Source: an uncultured Chitinophagaceae bacterium (GTDB taxonomy: Bacteria > Bacteroidota > Ignavibacteria > UBA10030 > UBA8401). From it: a stretch of DNA of 64,000 bases. Location of the stretch: positions 9,986 to 73,985 of the forward strand of contig CAYHFN010000011.1 in NCBI GenBank assembly GCA_964355925.1. The letters are read 5' to 3'. The notes under the pieces were generated by a model. That model ran no database searches. It was given only the letters and a program-made list of their open reading frames with translations, and was not told the origin of the DNA. The position numbers and the translations under genes are program-made. Shown piece after piece: positions 41,817-51,998 of this stretch. Each line of letters begins with the position of its first letter. Position 1 is the stretch's first letter.

Positions 41817-42977
41817 TTATCCAATATGCTGCAACCCATCAACTATAGATGTGCGCAATGCTTTGATGATCGGAAAAATAGATGCAGCAACACCGACCAG
41901 TATTGCTGAAAGACCTGCCAGAATTAATGTGGAATTTTCAATATTGAATATCGGAAAGAATCCTTTTGGAATAACCATTCCAATTCCATCAACAAGCGGA
42001 AACGTCAGTGACAGACCAACAATGCCTCCAATTATGGCTATTACCATTGATTCTCCACCGATGAACGCAATAAGATGTCCTCCGGAAAAACCTAATGTTT
42101 TAAGAACAGCGTACTCTTGTGTTCGCTCACGTGCCGACATGATCATCGTGTTTCCAAGCACCAGCATAATGATGCCAATAATAACGAACGACATGAAATT
42201 CATTGCGCCGATTATTGCACCGGATGCTGCAACAAATCCTTGTTGAAATGCACGCTCTGTCTCCGTTTTCGTTTCTGCCCTTGAGTTTTTGAACAGGTTA
42301 TCAATCTCTTCCGAAATTGCCGAGGACTGATTTGGGTTTTTGATTTTAGTGATGTACCATCCAACCTCTCCTGCACGTCCCGGCATTTCTTTGCGAAGTC
42401 GTTCATCAATATACTTCCAATGGAATAACATCTGCGTAAGATCGGTATTTTTGTCGCGAGGCGTATAAATTCCTCGAACAACAAACTCCCAAGTTCCCGG
42501 ATAAATGTCCCCGTCCAAATTCATGACATCACCGATTTTAAGATTATACTTGGTTGCTATATCCGATCCAAGAACGCAAGAGTTCTGTTCTTTCTTAAAT
42601 GTCTCCAGTTCTTGTTTCGTTAATTTCAATTCGGGATAAACATCAAAATATGTTTCGGGATCGATGGCAATGCGTGCAAAGAATTGGCTTTTGTCAATAT
42701 AGGTACCCCCAAACCAATTTGCCCAAGTAACATTTTCCACCCCTTGAACCTTTAAAACTTGTTCGCGATAGGCATATGGTAAAGGAAAAATAAACGAGAT
42801 TGCTTGTCGCGTTATCAATCTGTTAGCCGCAGAAGCTTCAACGCCGGCATTCCATGCTGTTACGACCGTTCGCAATACGCCAAAAGCAACGACAGCGATG
42901 GCAATTCCTACAATCGTAAGAAATGCACGCAATTTATGACGCAACGCATTCTTAATAATTACCTTGAATATTTTCAT
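41817..42977 (-). CDS. ABC transporter permease (FtsX-like, MacB/LolE type)
   Basis: 386 aa. Same architecture as the neighbouring permease, to which it is a paralog. Confidence 0.8.
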   Translation of the reverse strand: MKIFKVIIKNALRHKLRAFLTIVGIAIAVVAFGVLRTVVTAWNAGVEASAANRLITRQAISFIFPLPYAYREQVLKVQGVENVTWANWFGGTYIDKSQFFARIAIDPETYFDVYPELKLTKQELETFKKEQNSCVLGSDIATKYNLKIGDVMNLDGDIYPGTWEFVVRGIYTPRDKNTDLTQMLFHWKYIDERLRKEMPGRAGEVGWYITKIKNPNQSSAISEEIDNLFKNSRAETKTETERAFQQGFVAASGAIIGAMNFMSFVIIGIIMLVLGNTMIMSARERTQEYAVLKTLGFSGGHLIAFIGGESMVIAIIGGIVGLSLTFPLVDGIGMVIPKGFFPIFNIENSTLILAGLSAILVGVAASIFPIIKALRTSIVDGLQHIG

Positions 42978-42986
42978 AGAATAATC

Positions 42987-43658
42987 CTATTTGAATTCGC
43001 CTTTTTCTAATTGATGAATGATCTTTGCGCGCTCAGCAGCATGAGGATCATGCGTAACCATAATAATTGTTTTTTTGAACTCTTGGTTCAAACGTTCAAG
43101 AAGGATCAGAATTTCTTCTGCTGATTTTCGATCGAGATCTCCGGTTGGTTCATCACCGATGATCAAGGTGGGATCGGAAACGACCGCACGAGCAATTGCT
43201 ACACGCTGCTGCTGTCCGCCGGAAAGCTGTTTTGGATAATGATCCATCCGATCTCCTAAACCAACCACCTTCAAGACCATCTCAACGCGCTCTTTCTTTT
43301 CTTTCTTCGAAAGATTGGTGAGAAGAAGCGGAAGTTCGACATTTTCGTATGCCGTCAGAACCGGCATCAAGTTATAGAACTGAAAAACAAATCCGATATT
43401 ATTGGAACGCCATTTTGCCAGCGCCGATTCATTCAGTTTTGCAATATCGGTCCCCGCAACAATGATTGAACCGCTCGTCGGTTGATCGATACCCGAAATG
43501 AGATTCAAGAGCGTTGTTTTTCCGGATCCCGAAGGACCCATCAGCGCAACAAATTCTCCCTCCGAAACATCAAGCGAAAGGTTTTGTAAAACCGGGATCT
43601 CCAGTGTATCGCGTTTGTACACTTTAGAAACATTCTTTACTTGAACAAGTGGTGTCAT
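42987..43658 (-). CDS. ABC transporter ATP-binding protein (MacB/LolD type)
   Basis: 223 aa. Walker A GPSGSGKTT, ABC signature LSGGQQQRVAIARA, Walker B LIIGDEPTGDLD. Confidence 0.9.
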   Translation of the reverse strand: MTPLVQVKNVSKVYKRDTLEIPVLQNLSLDVSEGEFVALMGPSGSGKTTLLNLISGIDQPTSGSIIVAGTDIAKLNESALAKWRSNNIGFVFQFYNLMPVLTAYENVELPLLLTNLSKKEKKERVEMVLKVVGLGDRMDHYPKQLSGGQQQRVAIARAVVSDPTLIIGDEPTGDLDRKSAEEILILLERLNQEFKKTIIMVTHDPHAAERAKIIHQLEKGEFK

Positions 43659-43696
43659 ATGATTTTATAATAGTTGTTGATGAATACGTTGTTGTA

Positions 43697-46096
43697 TTAT
43701 TTTTGAAAAGACATTTTTTTTGTTTCGGAAAATGCTCCCGCCGTAAGTTTGTAGAAATAAAGACCGCTTGATAAATGTGAAGCATTAAATGTGATGGAAT
43801 ATTTTCCAGCAATTTTTATCTCGTTAACGATCGTAGCAACTTCTCTTCCAACAACATCGTACAGTTTCAATGATACATGATTGGCCATTGGTAATTGATA
43901 ATTGATCACTGTTGCAGGATTGAACGGGTTCGGATAATTTTGTTCCAATAAAAACGAATTTGGTATTGTTTGGTCATTTACAACAATCGTTGGTTGCACG
44001 CCTCGATAACTCCATTTTACAGCGTCGAACACGATCGCTTGTTTTACGGTATCGCTGCCATCGCCAAGTCGTACCGAAGCGGAATTTCCTTTTGCAAATG
44101 GAAATGTTCCAAGCGACAACCAATCGTTCTTGATATTCTTTTGATTGACGATTACTTCGTGGATCCCGTCTGTTGCTGTCACCTTGTATTTTGCAGCAGT
44201 TGCTTCGCTCATAGGAATGTATGCAAATACTTCATAGAGACCATTGGTATCGAGATTTGGAGTCCACGTTGTAAAACAAGTGTCACTCATTTTTGTCTTG
44301 GTCCACCAATAATGATTGTTATATCCGCCACTCTTTTTATCTGACCAACGCACCAATGATGACGGCGTAGCGGTATTCATAAAGAACCCTTTGTTCAAAT
44401 GAAAATCATCAACCAGTGAATCAGCAGGTTGGACAGGAGTGTTCCGAACGCTGATGCCCCAATAAACACGATTGAAATTTTTATATCCATTATTATAACC
44501 GGGCCAATCGTATTTCACTCCTTTTCCATTTAAACTGGGATAAACTCCGGTATTTTTATTTCCATACGGGTCGTTCACGATCAGCGTGCGGTTGTTTACA
44601 TCATAGCCATTGATGACAACAATATGTCCGGCAGTTGTTAATCCGTTACAGAATGTGAATGGGTAACCTGCATCAACATTAGAGATCACCGTTTCAAAAA
44701 ATATTGCATTAGAATCATATCTTGTTGCACTCAATCCATGATAGGTGTAATAATCAACCGTGCGTGAATATGGACTGTAACTTTCAGTCCACATAAAACC
44801 GTATCCGCCGTACGAAGGTTTTTTATTTATACTCGGATCGGGAGCCATTGCCGAATAAGAATATTCTCGATAAGTATATATTTCACAAACATAATTTCCA
44901 TACGGACTATAGTGTCCGGGTGACGAACCTGAAGCAGAGCACCACACATTCCATTTTGGAACGATATTGAAATACGCAATCACCATGATCGACGAAGTTG
45001 CACCACACGCAGAATGTCCATTATACCAATCCGGAGTATCCCACACTTGATGCACGTATGGCATTTCAAAATAAACCGCTGCCGGGCTTTGAATCTGATT
45101 GATCGACTTCATCGTGTTTATTTTTCTTAGCTCGCTCGGAATTTTTTCAAATGAAACAACTATTGTTTCACCATTAACACGCATATCAGCAGATAAGAAT
45201 TGGCGTGAATATATTCCCCCTCGCCTTGCATCGGAATAGTAGATTGTTTGTGTCTGCGAATCGAATGATGGATCAATCTCTAAGCAATCTTCGGTAAATG
45301 TTATCCGCAGTTTCTTTTGGTTATTGATGTTCACTATAAACAGATCTGATGATATCAACTGTTCGTTGTTGGATTGTTTTTGATAAAAGAGAATCGTTTC
45401 GTTGTCGATCCATGATGACGAAAAACCTTCGCACAATTCATTTAATTTTTTAGTTAAAATTGAATACGTAAAAAGATTCCCGCTCAAACTTGAAAACATC
45501 AGTTGTGATCCATCGGGCGACCATTGCGGAAGAAAATACGATGCACCGCCATCCGTAATCTTTGTTGATGTTCCGGTATTTAAATTAATAATATATAGTT
45601 GATCTTTATCGTCATTATACGAAGCAAGATTGCCGTTTGGAGATATTGGCGCCAGATTCGAATACGTTCCCAATTCGAATGTTCGCGTTGATGTTCCATC
45701 TAAAATTAATAATTCTTGTTCAACCGTAAACGCAGTCAATCCATTATTTGAAAAACTGATTTGCCCGACACGTGCAGAACCAGAATGCAGTTTGGTTTTT
45801 CCATTGGTCTTCACATCGTAGACAACCGGATATTGTTTTCCTTGATCATCAATTTCTTTGAATCCAATCAGAGATTTTTCTGACGACAACGTGAAATACA
45901 TATCGCTTCCGGGGCGATCAGAAATTTGGACTACAGAATTATCAATTGCTCGGAAAAGTCCCCCTGTAAGATGATCGGAAAAGATGATTCCATTTGCAGA
46001 AGCTTTTGGAGTGGCAAGAAATTGTTCCTGCGCCGGCTCTTTTTGTGCAAAAAGAACAGAGATGCAGATTACGACGAATGTCAGAATTGATCTCAT
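43697..46096 (-). CDS. T9SS-sorted secreted protein: TolB-like beta-propeller + C39-like (Peptidase_C39_2) cysteine peptidase domain + Por C-terminal domain
   Basis: 799 aa. Signal peptide, then a PD40/WD40-like N-terminal half. Candidate catalytic Cys lies in NGHSACGATSSIMVIAYFN and His in TAGHIVVINGYD. The C-terminal 80 aa carry the Por_Secre_tail signature (NYPNPFNPATVINYQLP...VSLKLYDVVGREVATIV...SGLYFYKLTAG...TKKM). Confidence 0.75.
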   Translation of the reverse strand: MRSILTFVVICISVLFAQKEPAQEQFLATPKASANGIIFSDHLTGGLFRAIDNSVVQISDRPGSDMYFTLSSEKSLIGFKEIDDQGKQYPVVYDVKTNGKTKLHSGSARVGQISFSNNGLTAFTVEQELLILDGTSTRTFELGTYSNLAPISPNGNLASYNDDKDQLYIINLNTGTSTKITDGGASYFLPQWSPDGSQLMFSSLSGNLFTYSILTKKLNELCEGFSSSWIDNETILFYQKQSNNEQLISSDLFIVNINNQKKLRITFTEDCLEIDPSFDSQTQTIYYSDARRGGIYSRQFLSADMRVNGETIVVSFEKIPSELRKINTMKSINQIQSPAAVYFEMPYVHQVWDTPDWYNGHSACGATSSIMVIAYFNIVPKWNVWCSASGSSPGHYSPYGNYVCEIYTYREYSYSAMAPDPSINKKPSYGGYGFMWTESYSPYSRTVDYYTYHGLSATRYDSNAIFFETVISNVDAGYPFTFCNGLTTAGHIVVINGYDVNNRTLIVNDPYGNKNTGVYPSLNGKGVKYDWPGYNNGYKNFNRVYWGISVRNTPVQPADSLVDDFHLNKGFFMNTATPSSLVRWSDKKSGGYNNHYWWTKTKMSDTCFTTWTPNLDTNGLYEVFAYIPMSEATAAKYKVTATDGIHEVIVNQKNIKNDWLSLGTFPFAKGNSASVRLGDGSDTVKQAIVFDAVKWSYRGVQPTIVVNDQTIPNSFLLEQNYPNPFNPATVINYQLPMANHVSLKLYDVVGREVATIVNEIKIAGKYSITFNASHLSSGLYFYKLTAGAFSETKKMSFQK

Positions 46097-46108
46097 GATA
46101 TTGCGTTC

Positions 46109-47335
46109 TTATTCAGTTGTAAAGTGAGTTCCCGTTGAAAGATTTTCTGCGGGACGCAGAACAACTTTTTGTCCTGCAGTGACACCTTGTTTTACTTCGA
46201 TTCGATTTCCCATCACTTCGCCAAGAGTAACCGGTGTTTCTACAACAGCATCATCTTTAATCGTAAAAACAATCTTCTGTCCATTACGCGTTGTGATCGC
46301 TGAGGCAGGAACGGAAAGTTTCGGTAAAGAATTTTGTGTCTGCTGCTTTCCTTCTTTTAAGAAGTTCACCTTGGCGCGCATTTCGGGAAGCACACGTTCA
46401 TCACGCTCTTTGAATCTCACCTTGGTGAGTACCGTTGCTTTCGCTCGGTCTGCTGTTGGAACAATCTTGTTCACAAATCCTGAATATCGTTTATCCGGAT
46501 ACGCATCAAGAGTGATCTCGCACGGCATACCTTCTTTGATTTTTTCAATGTTCGATTCCGAAACATCAGCTTCCACTTCGAGGGATGTCATATCGGCGAT
46601 CGTAACAAGAGCGCTTCGCGATCCTGCAGCTGCTCCAAACGGAGAGATCACTTCTCCGACATTTGCATTTTTTGTCAGTACAACACCGTCGAACGGTGCA
46701 CGGATCAATGTATACTCCAATTGAACTTCCGATGCGCGAACATTTGCTTCGGCATATTTAATCGAGGCATCAGCCGATGTTACTGCCGCGACGGCTCGTT
46801 TATAACGTGCGTTTGATCCATCATATTCTGCGCGAGAAATAGAATTCTGAGCAAATAATATTTTTTGTCGTTCAAAACTCGCCGATGCATCTTCCAGTTC
46901 TGCTTTCACACTTTCCAGTGTTGCATTTGCTACAGAAAGATTTGCTTTCACTTGTCCTAATGCTGCTTCAACATCTCTCCGCTCTAATCGCCCGATGATA
47001 TCACCGGTCTTAACACGGTCCCCTTCAATCACCCCAAGAAATTCCAGACGTCCCGTTCCCTTGGAAGCCACCGCAGCTTTTCGTTGTGCAACAATATATC
47101 CGCTTGCCGAAAGGACAGCACTTTCTTGCCCCGAGGTTGTGAATGCTACAGTGCCTAGTTCGACTTTTTCTGTAGAAGAACCACTCCGCACAGCAAAAAA
47201 AGAACCGATCGCAATAACGACAATAATAATTAAAACAGATAAAACTATCCTGTTTCTCGCTCCGCCCTCTGTTTGGCGAGGCTCGTCACGATTGATCTTT
47301 AAAAATGAAAGATCGGTATTTTGAGTTTCAGACAT
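46109..47335 (-). CDS. HlyD-family periplasmic adaptor (MacA-like) of the ABC exporter
   Basis: 408 aa. N-terminal transmembrane anchor, coiled-coil and barrel-sandwich hybrid domains. It is the first gene of the minus-strand operon. Confidence 0.8.
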   Translation of the reverse strand: MSETQNTDLSFLKINRDEPRQTEGGARNRIVLSVLIIIVVIAIGSFFAVRSGSSTEKVELGTVAFTTSGQESAVLSASGYIVAQRKAAVASKGTGRLEFLGVIEGDRVKTGDIIGRLERRDVEAALGQVKANLSVANATLESVKAELEDASASFERQKILFAQNSISRAEYDGSNARYKRAVAAVTSADASIKYAEANVRASEVQLEYTLIRAPFDGVVLTKNANVGEVISPFGAAAGSRSALVTIADMTSLEVEADVSESNIEKIKEGMPCEITLDAYPDKRYSGFVNKIVPTADRAKATVLTKVRFKERDERVLPEMRAKVNFLKEGKQQTQNSLPKLSVPASAITTRNGQKIVFTIKDDAVVETPVTLGEVMGNRIEVKQGVTAGQKVVLRPAENLSTGTHFTTE

Positions 47336-47557
47336 GATGAATAATGGTTTCTAAGTTTTTCTTAAATAGTTGTTGCTACAGTAAACAAACATTACGTTGA
47401 AATTGTTCGATAATATCCCCAAAATATGCACAAAAGGCAACGCGACGAATATTGCATTATTGTAGGTATAATGCTGTAAAAATAGTCTAAACCGAAAAAA
47501 TACCGGCAGAATATTCGGTGAAAAGAAGAGAAGAAGCGGTAAAACGCGACTATATCA

Positions 47558-48265
47558 TTATTTTTGTGGGAAGAATAGTCCAAGTCCGTCAAGAACAGCA
47601 AGAACCTGTCCAGCGACAAATTTATTACCCGTATCATTCAGATGGACACCATCAAAGGTAAGAACATTTTTCTCTGAATTTGCTAGATTATTCTTTTTAA
47701 GGTAATCAATGAATGCAGACCGAAGGTCGCACAGTGGAATTGAATATTGTGTGGCAATAGTTCTGCTGATCGCGCTGTACTCATCGAGCATCATATCATA
47801 TTTATTTGTTCCATCAATTTTTTCTCCGATAACACTCGGCGTACATAGAATTACCGAAGAACCGGATGATTGAATTCGTGCAATAATTTCTTTCAATCCT
47901 TTTTCAAATTCCGGTTTTGATGTTCCGGTTAATCCTCTGCTCGCAAATTCAAAATGCCACACATCGTTTATGCCGATGTAGATAACAACAACGGACGGAT
48001 TTTTTTTAAGAACATCGTTCTCTAATCGGCGCTGAAGATCGCTCACTTTATTTCCGCTGATTCCGGCACCGATCACCTCGATCTTTTGACCGAGAGCATT
48101 AAGCGTATCGCGAAGGATTGTAACATATCCATTTGGTTTCACACCTTGTTCGGTGATAGAATCACCAAACAAAACGATTCGCGACAAAGAACGCATTGCT
48201 GTTTCGTGAGTTGAACATCCGGAAACAAGAAGAAGTAAAAAGAAGAAAAAGTTTTTGTTGTTCAT
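47558..48265 (-). CDS. SGNH/GDSL-family hydrolase (lipase/esterase)
   Basis: 235 aa. Signal peptide, GDS block (IVLFGDSITEQG), Gly and GxND blocks, DGVHLN (the catalytic D-x-x-H). Confidence 0.8.
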   Translation of the reverse strand: MNNKNFFFFLLLLVSGCSTHETAMRSLSRIVLFGDSITEQGVKPNGYVTILRDTLNALGQKIEVIGAGISGNKVSDLQRRLENDVLKKNPSVVVIYIGINDVWHFEFASRGLTGTSKPEFEKGLKEIIARIQSSGSSVILCTPSVIGEKIDGTNKYDMMLDEYSAISRTIATQYSIPLCDLRSAFIDYLKKNNLANSEKNVLTFDGVHLNDTGNKFVAGQVLAVLDGLGLFFPQK

Positions 48266-48280
48266 GATTTTACCTAATGA

Positions 48281-48760
48281 TTACCAATTCATTGTATCAC
48301 GCAGACCTTTGATATGACCGCAATGTTTTTCTCCGTGACCGGAATAGATCTGCAACATCCTGTCCATTGTAACAATTCCGTTTTCGGGGTGATCTGCTTT
48401 TCGTGTTTCCCAATCATGTTCTGAAACAGATTCGAGCATTGCCGCCCATCGCACATGCAATCCGCGAATGAGTGTCAATGATGAATCGAGTGGTAATGAA
48501 TATTCCGTTGACAGTGCCCACGTATCCTGATTGTATGTTTTGATCTTTGGAAAATCTTCCATCAGCATAAATTTGAAACGGAGAAAAGCATTCATGTGTG
48601 AATCTGCTAAATGATGCACAACTTGTCGAACCGTCCATCCGCCGTTACGGTACGGGGTATCTAATTGTGAATCATTCAATCCTTTAAGAATATTCTCTAA
48701 TTTTACCGGCAGATCCTTTATTTTTTGGATCATCTGTTTTCGTTCGTCCATTGTCGGCAT
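48281..48760 (-). CDS. DinB/YfiT-like (DinB_2) putative metal-dependent hydrolase
   Basis: 159 aa with the four-helix-bundle His triad pattern (HHLADSHMNA ... HxxxH). Confidence 0.6.
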   Translation of the reverse strand: MPTMDERKQMIQKIKDLPVKLENILKGLNDSQLDTPYRNGGWTVRQVVHHLADSHMNAFLRFKFMLMEDFPKIKTYNQDTWALSTEYSLPLDSSLTLIRGLHVRWAAMLESVSEHDWETRKADHPENGIVTMDRMLQIYSGHGEKHCGHIKGLRDTMNW

Positions 48761-48871
48761 ACAACAATTCCTTTCATCTAATAAAAATCATTGATTTATT
48801 GATTTTAATCTTGGTAAAGTTAGAGAATGGAATTGAGAGATGCCAATACAACTTCTAAAATATTTTGAAAT

Positions 48872-49942
48872 TTATTCCAGACCAAGACGGATTTCTGATA
48901 TATATTCTTTCAGATCGTGATGTTCAAGAAAGTCAATATCTGTTCGGATACGTGATTCATCACCCCAATCGTTCCAATAGACTCCGTTCATCTGAAGTAC
49001 GCACAATTTATCGGGGATCCGTTCTAACACCCGTCGCGAGAAGTCGACAGAAAGTATTCTTTTGAATACAACCCCAGTCACATCAGATTCAGACGATGTC
49101 CCAAAAAATTGTACCGTACGATTTAACGGTACAAATACTTCGCTCATATGCTCTTTGCAAAGGTTCAAGAAATTCAACGATGTACCTACGAGTGTCATTG
49201 TATTCCACAAACAATTTTTATCGTAAAGATATTGAATCAGCCGTGCGTCCGGTTTTTCCCAAAATTTTTTTACTGAATAGAATTCATCAAAAAATACATG
49301 TTCTCCTTTTTCGATCCACCCATATCCATTTTGCAATGAGCTTGGAGCAATTCCCAACGCAACAATGTATTCATTATGAGCAGAAACAAAATCGATTGCC
49401 CGAGAAACAAACGATCGATATCGTTCTTCCCGTAGAATGAAATGATCTGCCGGAAACAAAGCAACGATCGCCTGCGGATCTGCGGAATGAACATGAAGAA
49501 GCGGAAGGAGAACTCCCGGTCCCGTATCACGATTAAGCGGTTGACGGATGATTGTTTTCGGTATTCGGTCGTGAATATCTGACGATGCCCACGACATATG
49601 TCCTGCATTGATCGATGTTAACAAATGATTGCGAGCGAAAAGGGGCGAAACGCGGTCGATCGTATGCCGAAGCATTGTTCGCTTTCCGATTAGCGCACAA
49701 TATTGCTTGGGACGATACTCACCGAATCGTTCTTTGATGAAATGTTGAAGTCGTGTTCCATCCCCTCCCGCAAGAATTACTCCCCACCGATGATCTGATT
49801 GTGGATGAGTATCTTTGAACCACGATCTGGTATTCATGCAAATACCCTCCTTTGGTAATAGAGAGAGCAGCAGCAATAGCGTTGAGATCGGGATCGCAGA
49901 TTGAATATGACGAAGAGTGTAATGAAGAGACGATGGGTACAC
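48872..49942 (-). CDS. Sugar-phosphate nucleotidyltransferase (mannose-1-phosphate guanylyltransferase-like N-terminal domain)
   Basis: The NTP_transferase motif GVILAGGDGTRL is near the N-terminus. The likely true start is the internal MNTRSW ATG at about 49836, which has a GGAGGG Shine-Dalgarno. The printed sequence and the ORF track appear offset by 1 nt in 49900-49921, so the 5' end is uncertain. Confidence 0.6.
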   Translation of the reverse strand: MYPSSLHYTLRHIQSAIPISTLLLLLSLLPKEGICMNTRSWFKDTHPQSDHRWGVILAGGDGTRLQHFIKERFGEYRPKQYCALIGKRTMLRHTIDRVSPLFARNHLLTSINAGHMSWASSDIHDRIPKTIIRQPLNRDTGPGVLLPLLHVHSADPQAIVALFPADHFILREERYRSFVSRAIDFVSAHNEYIVALGIAPSSLQNGYGWIEKGEHVFFDEFYSVKKFWEKPDARLIQYLYDKNCLWNTMTLVGTSLNFLNLCKEHMSEVFVPLNRTVQFFGTSSESDVTGVVFKRILSVDFSRRVLERIPDKLCVLQMNGVYWNDWGDESRIRTDIDFLEHHDLKEYISEIRLGLE

Positions 49943-50132
49943 AAGATCGAGAATTATGATCCCTTATCTATAGAAGTGTACCATTTGATACGTGAAAAGT
50001 CAAACGTAAGGGAAAGTTATTTTTTTCAGGTATTTCCAGTTTCGGATATTCTTATCCACCATCCATACAAAAGCGCTTTTTATTCTTAAATTCTTGGTTT
50101 TCCGTTTTTGTTTTAGCAATACAGGCAACGGA

Positions 50133-50723
50133 CTATTTTTTTCTTGTTAACTGTGGAATCGTAGTTTCGTTTTCGGAATGTATTATCAACTCGTTAAGCC
50201 GTTTTAGTTTTGTTTTTTCCTGTTTTGCGCTGATCACCAGCCAAATGGAAGTTCGTTGATACCACGGGGCTTGTGAAGAAAAATGTTTCCAGGCTTTTGT
50301 GTTTGCTTTGAATTGTTTTACGAATGCCGCAGGGAGTGTTGGATTCTTTTGTTGTTCAAAGGAATAGAGATTTGTATTGCTTACACCTCGTTCTTCAAAT
50401 GCTTTTATCCCCGGCGGTTTCATCAGTTTGAATTTCTTTAGTTCACCAACACGTTTAATGTTGATGGTGCTCCATGTGCTTTTTTTCTTGCGGGGCGTAA
50501 ATCGATTTGTGTAACTGATCTCGTCGATCCCTTTTCGAATGCCATCGATCCATCCGAAACAGAGCGCTTCATCGACAGCTTCTTTATATGTTGTGGCAGT
50601 TTTTCTGGAATATTTTTTGTAGAATCCGATCCATAATTCAAAAATTGAAGCGTGATTTTTTTCAAACCATCTTCGCAGTTCTGCCGGGTTCTTAAAAAAT
50701 GTAATGTTCGTTGCCGTCGGCAT
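50133..50723 (-). CDS. YdeI/OmpD-associated (OmdA, DUF1801-related) family protein
   Basis: 196 aa with the pattern W..W...H.....ELW.GFYKK ... C.GWIDG. Confidence 0.5.
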   Translation of the reverse strand: MPTATNITFFKNPAELRRWFEKNHASIFELWIGFYKKYSRKTATTYKEAVDEALCFGWIDGIRKGIDEISYTNRFTPRKKKSTWSTINIKRVGELKKFKLMKPPGIKAFEERGVSNTNLYSFEQQKNPTLPAAFVKQFKANTKAWKHFSSQAPWYQRTSIWLVISAKQEKTKLKRLNELIIHSENETTIPQLTRKK

Positions 50724-50730
50724 AGAAGAT

Positions 50731-51159
50731 CTATTGTTCGATCATTTTTTTCATGCCGCCCATTATAGCTACCCAATTCTGTTCGCTGTGAGTTTTCTTT
50801 TCCTCCGTTTCAATTCCATTCTGATTGATTGTAAGAATAGTCATACTTCCTTTTGCGGTCAATTCGTATGAGACACTTGCATAATTTTCTGGAATATCGG
50901 GTTGGCCGGACATTGAACTCCAATAATCATACTTCACAAATTTTTCAAGATGAATGTCAAGGATCGTTCCTTTGTCTTCATACTTCTTTCCTTCCCATTC
51001 TCCCCGAAAATAGATTGGGCTTCCTTTTTTCCAATCAGTATCGGTCTGTGTGCCGAAAAAATATTGCTTGATCAATTCTGGCGCAGTGAGCCATTTCCAA
51101 ACGGTTGCATTGTCTGCATTGATCTCGATGTCTATTTTTGCGATGAGATTTTTTAACAT
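50731..51159 (-). CDS. SRPBCC (AHSA1/START-like) domain protein
   Basis: 142 aa with the AHSA1-type motif A....VWKWLT.PE.... Confidence 0.5.
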   Translation of the reverse strand: MLKNLIAKIDIEINADNATVWKWLTAPELIKQYFFGTQTDTDWKKGSPIYFRGEWEGKKYEDKGTILDIHLEKFVKYDYWSSMSGQPDIPENYASVSYELTAKGSMTILTINQNGIETEEKKTHSEQNWVAIMGGMKKMIEQ

Positions 51160-51177
51160 ATAATTTCTCCAAACATT

Positions 51178-51510
51178 TTAATCAACAATAAACAATGATA
51201 CGCCCGTTTCTGTAAACGAGCGGTGACTATCAGAATGGTCGCCAACTTGATAGGACATTCCTTTTTTCAGAACGAACGTTCTCCCGTCATTCAGTTCAGT
51301 TGTCATTTCTCCATCAATACAGTAAATGATGTATCCTTTATCGCACCAGTGATCGGCAATGTAGCCGGCAGAATACTCAACCCGACGCACGCGGATGTTA
51401 CCAAAATGAAGAACTTTCCATGTTGCCGATCCTTTTTCTCCGGAATGTTCTTCAGATGGGACAAGATCCCAGTCTGTTGATGTGAATGGTATTGTCGATT
51501 CGATATTCAT
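51178..51510 (-). CDS. Cupin-domain protein
   Basis: 110 aa. Short beta-rich protein with a conserved His-containing cupin motif (DHWCDKGYIIYCIDGEM). Confidence 0.45.
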   Translation of the reverse strand: MNIESTIPFTSTDWDLVPSEEHSGEKGSATWKVLHFGNIRVRRVEYSAGYIADHWCDKGYIIYCIDGEMTTELNDGRTFVLKKGMSYQVGDHSDSHRSFTETGVSLFIVD

Positions 51511-51519
51511 ATCCTAAAA

Positions 51520-51969
51520 TTACGCTCCAAATTGCTGAAGATGATGATTAAGATGTTTGTATGTTGAAGTGCCCCATTCCTTCGGAGTGAACGGACCAAA
51601 GAATGAATGCTGCTGTTTTGTACATTTATCCTCGCCGCCTTCAGAGAATTGTTTGACCAACTTCATTAATAGTTCTTTTTCCTTAGCAAAGACACGCTCA
51701 TCGGTAATAACAAAAAGAGGATTCGTCGGACTGTTTTTTCGGAGCGGTGCTTCGCTTAAATAATCCTTCTTAAAAATTGGTCCGAGAATTCTTCCGATCA
51801 TCCGTCGTTTAGTGATCAGTTGATCGGTCACGACGAGCATCGCTTGGTTGCAATGGGCGAGCATTTGCTCAACATTCATTTTCCCCCACTGTCGTTCTGC
51901 GTTGGGCTGTAATTGCCCGATGCGGATGAGGATCTCTTCAAGCGCTTCTTTTTCAAAGATTGATTTCAT
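51520..51969 (-). CDS. DUF1569 domain protein
   Basis: 149 aa. The pattern (L..RI..L.......WGKMNV.QML.HC) matches the Bacteroidota DUF1569 family. Confidence 0.5.
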   Translation of the reverse strand: MKSIFEKEALEEILIRIGQLQPNAERQWGKMNVEQMLAHCNQAMLVVTDQLITKRRMIGRILGPIFKKDYLSEAPLRKNSPTNPLFVITDERVFAKEKELLMKLVKQFSEGGEDKCTKQQHSFFGPFTPKEWGTSTYKHLNHHLQQFGA

Positions 51970-51998
51970 AGGAATGAATAGTAGTTTACAATATTTGA

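Noticed and set aside
47392-47557. Weak hairpin (ACCG...CGGT) after the SGNH hydrolase gene as terminator
   Set aside because: The stem is only 4-5 bp, which is too weak to call.
49836-49942. Apparent frame inconsistency in the 5' end of the nucleotidyltransferase ORF (possible frameshift or pseudogene)
   Set aside because: The printed sequence and the supplied ORF track seem offset by 1 nt over about 49900-49921 (gtaaatg versus gtaatg). Elsewhere, at 48872, 48760 and 50133, they are in register. The conserved GVILAGGDGTRL start region lies downstream of an internal ATG that has a good Shine-Dalgarno. I therefore treat this as a transcription or start-call ambiguity rather than a real frameshift.
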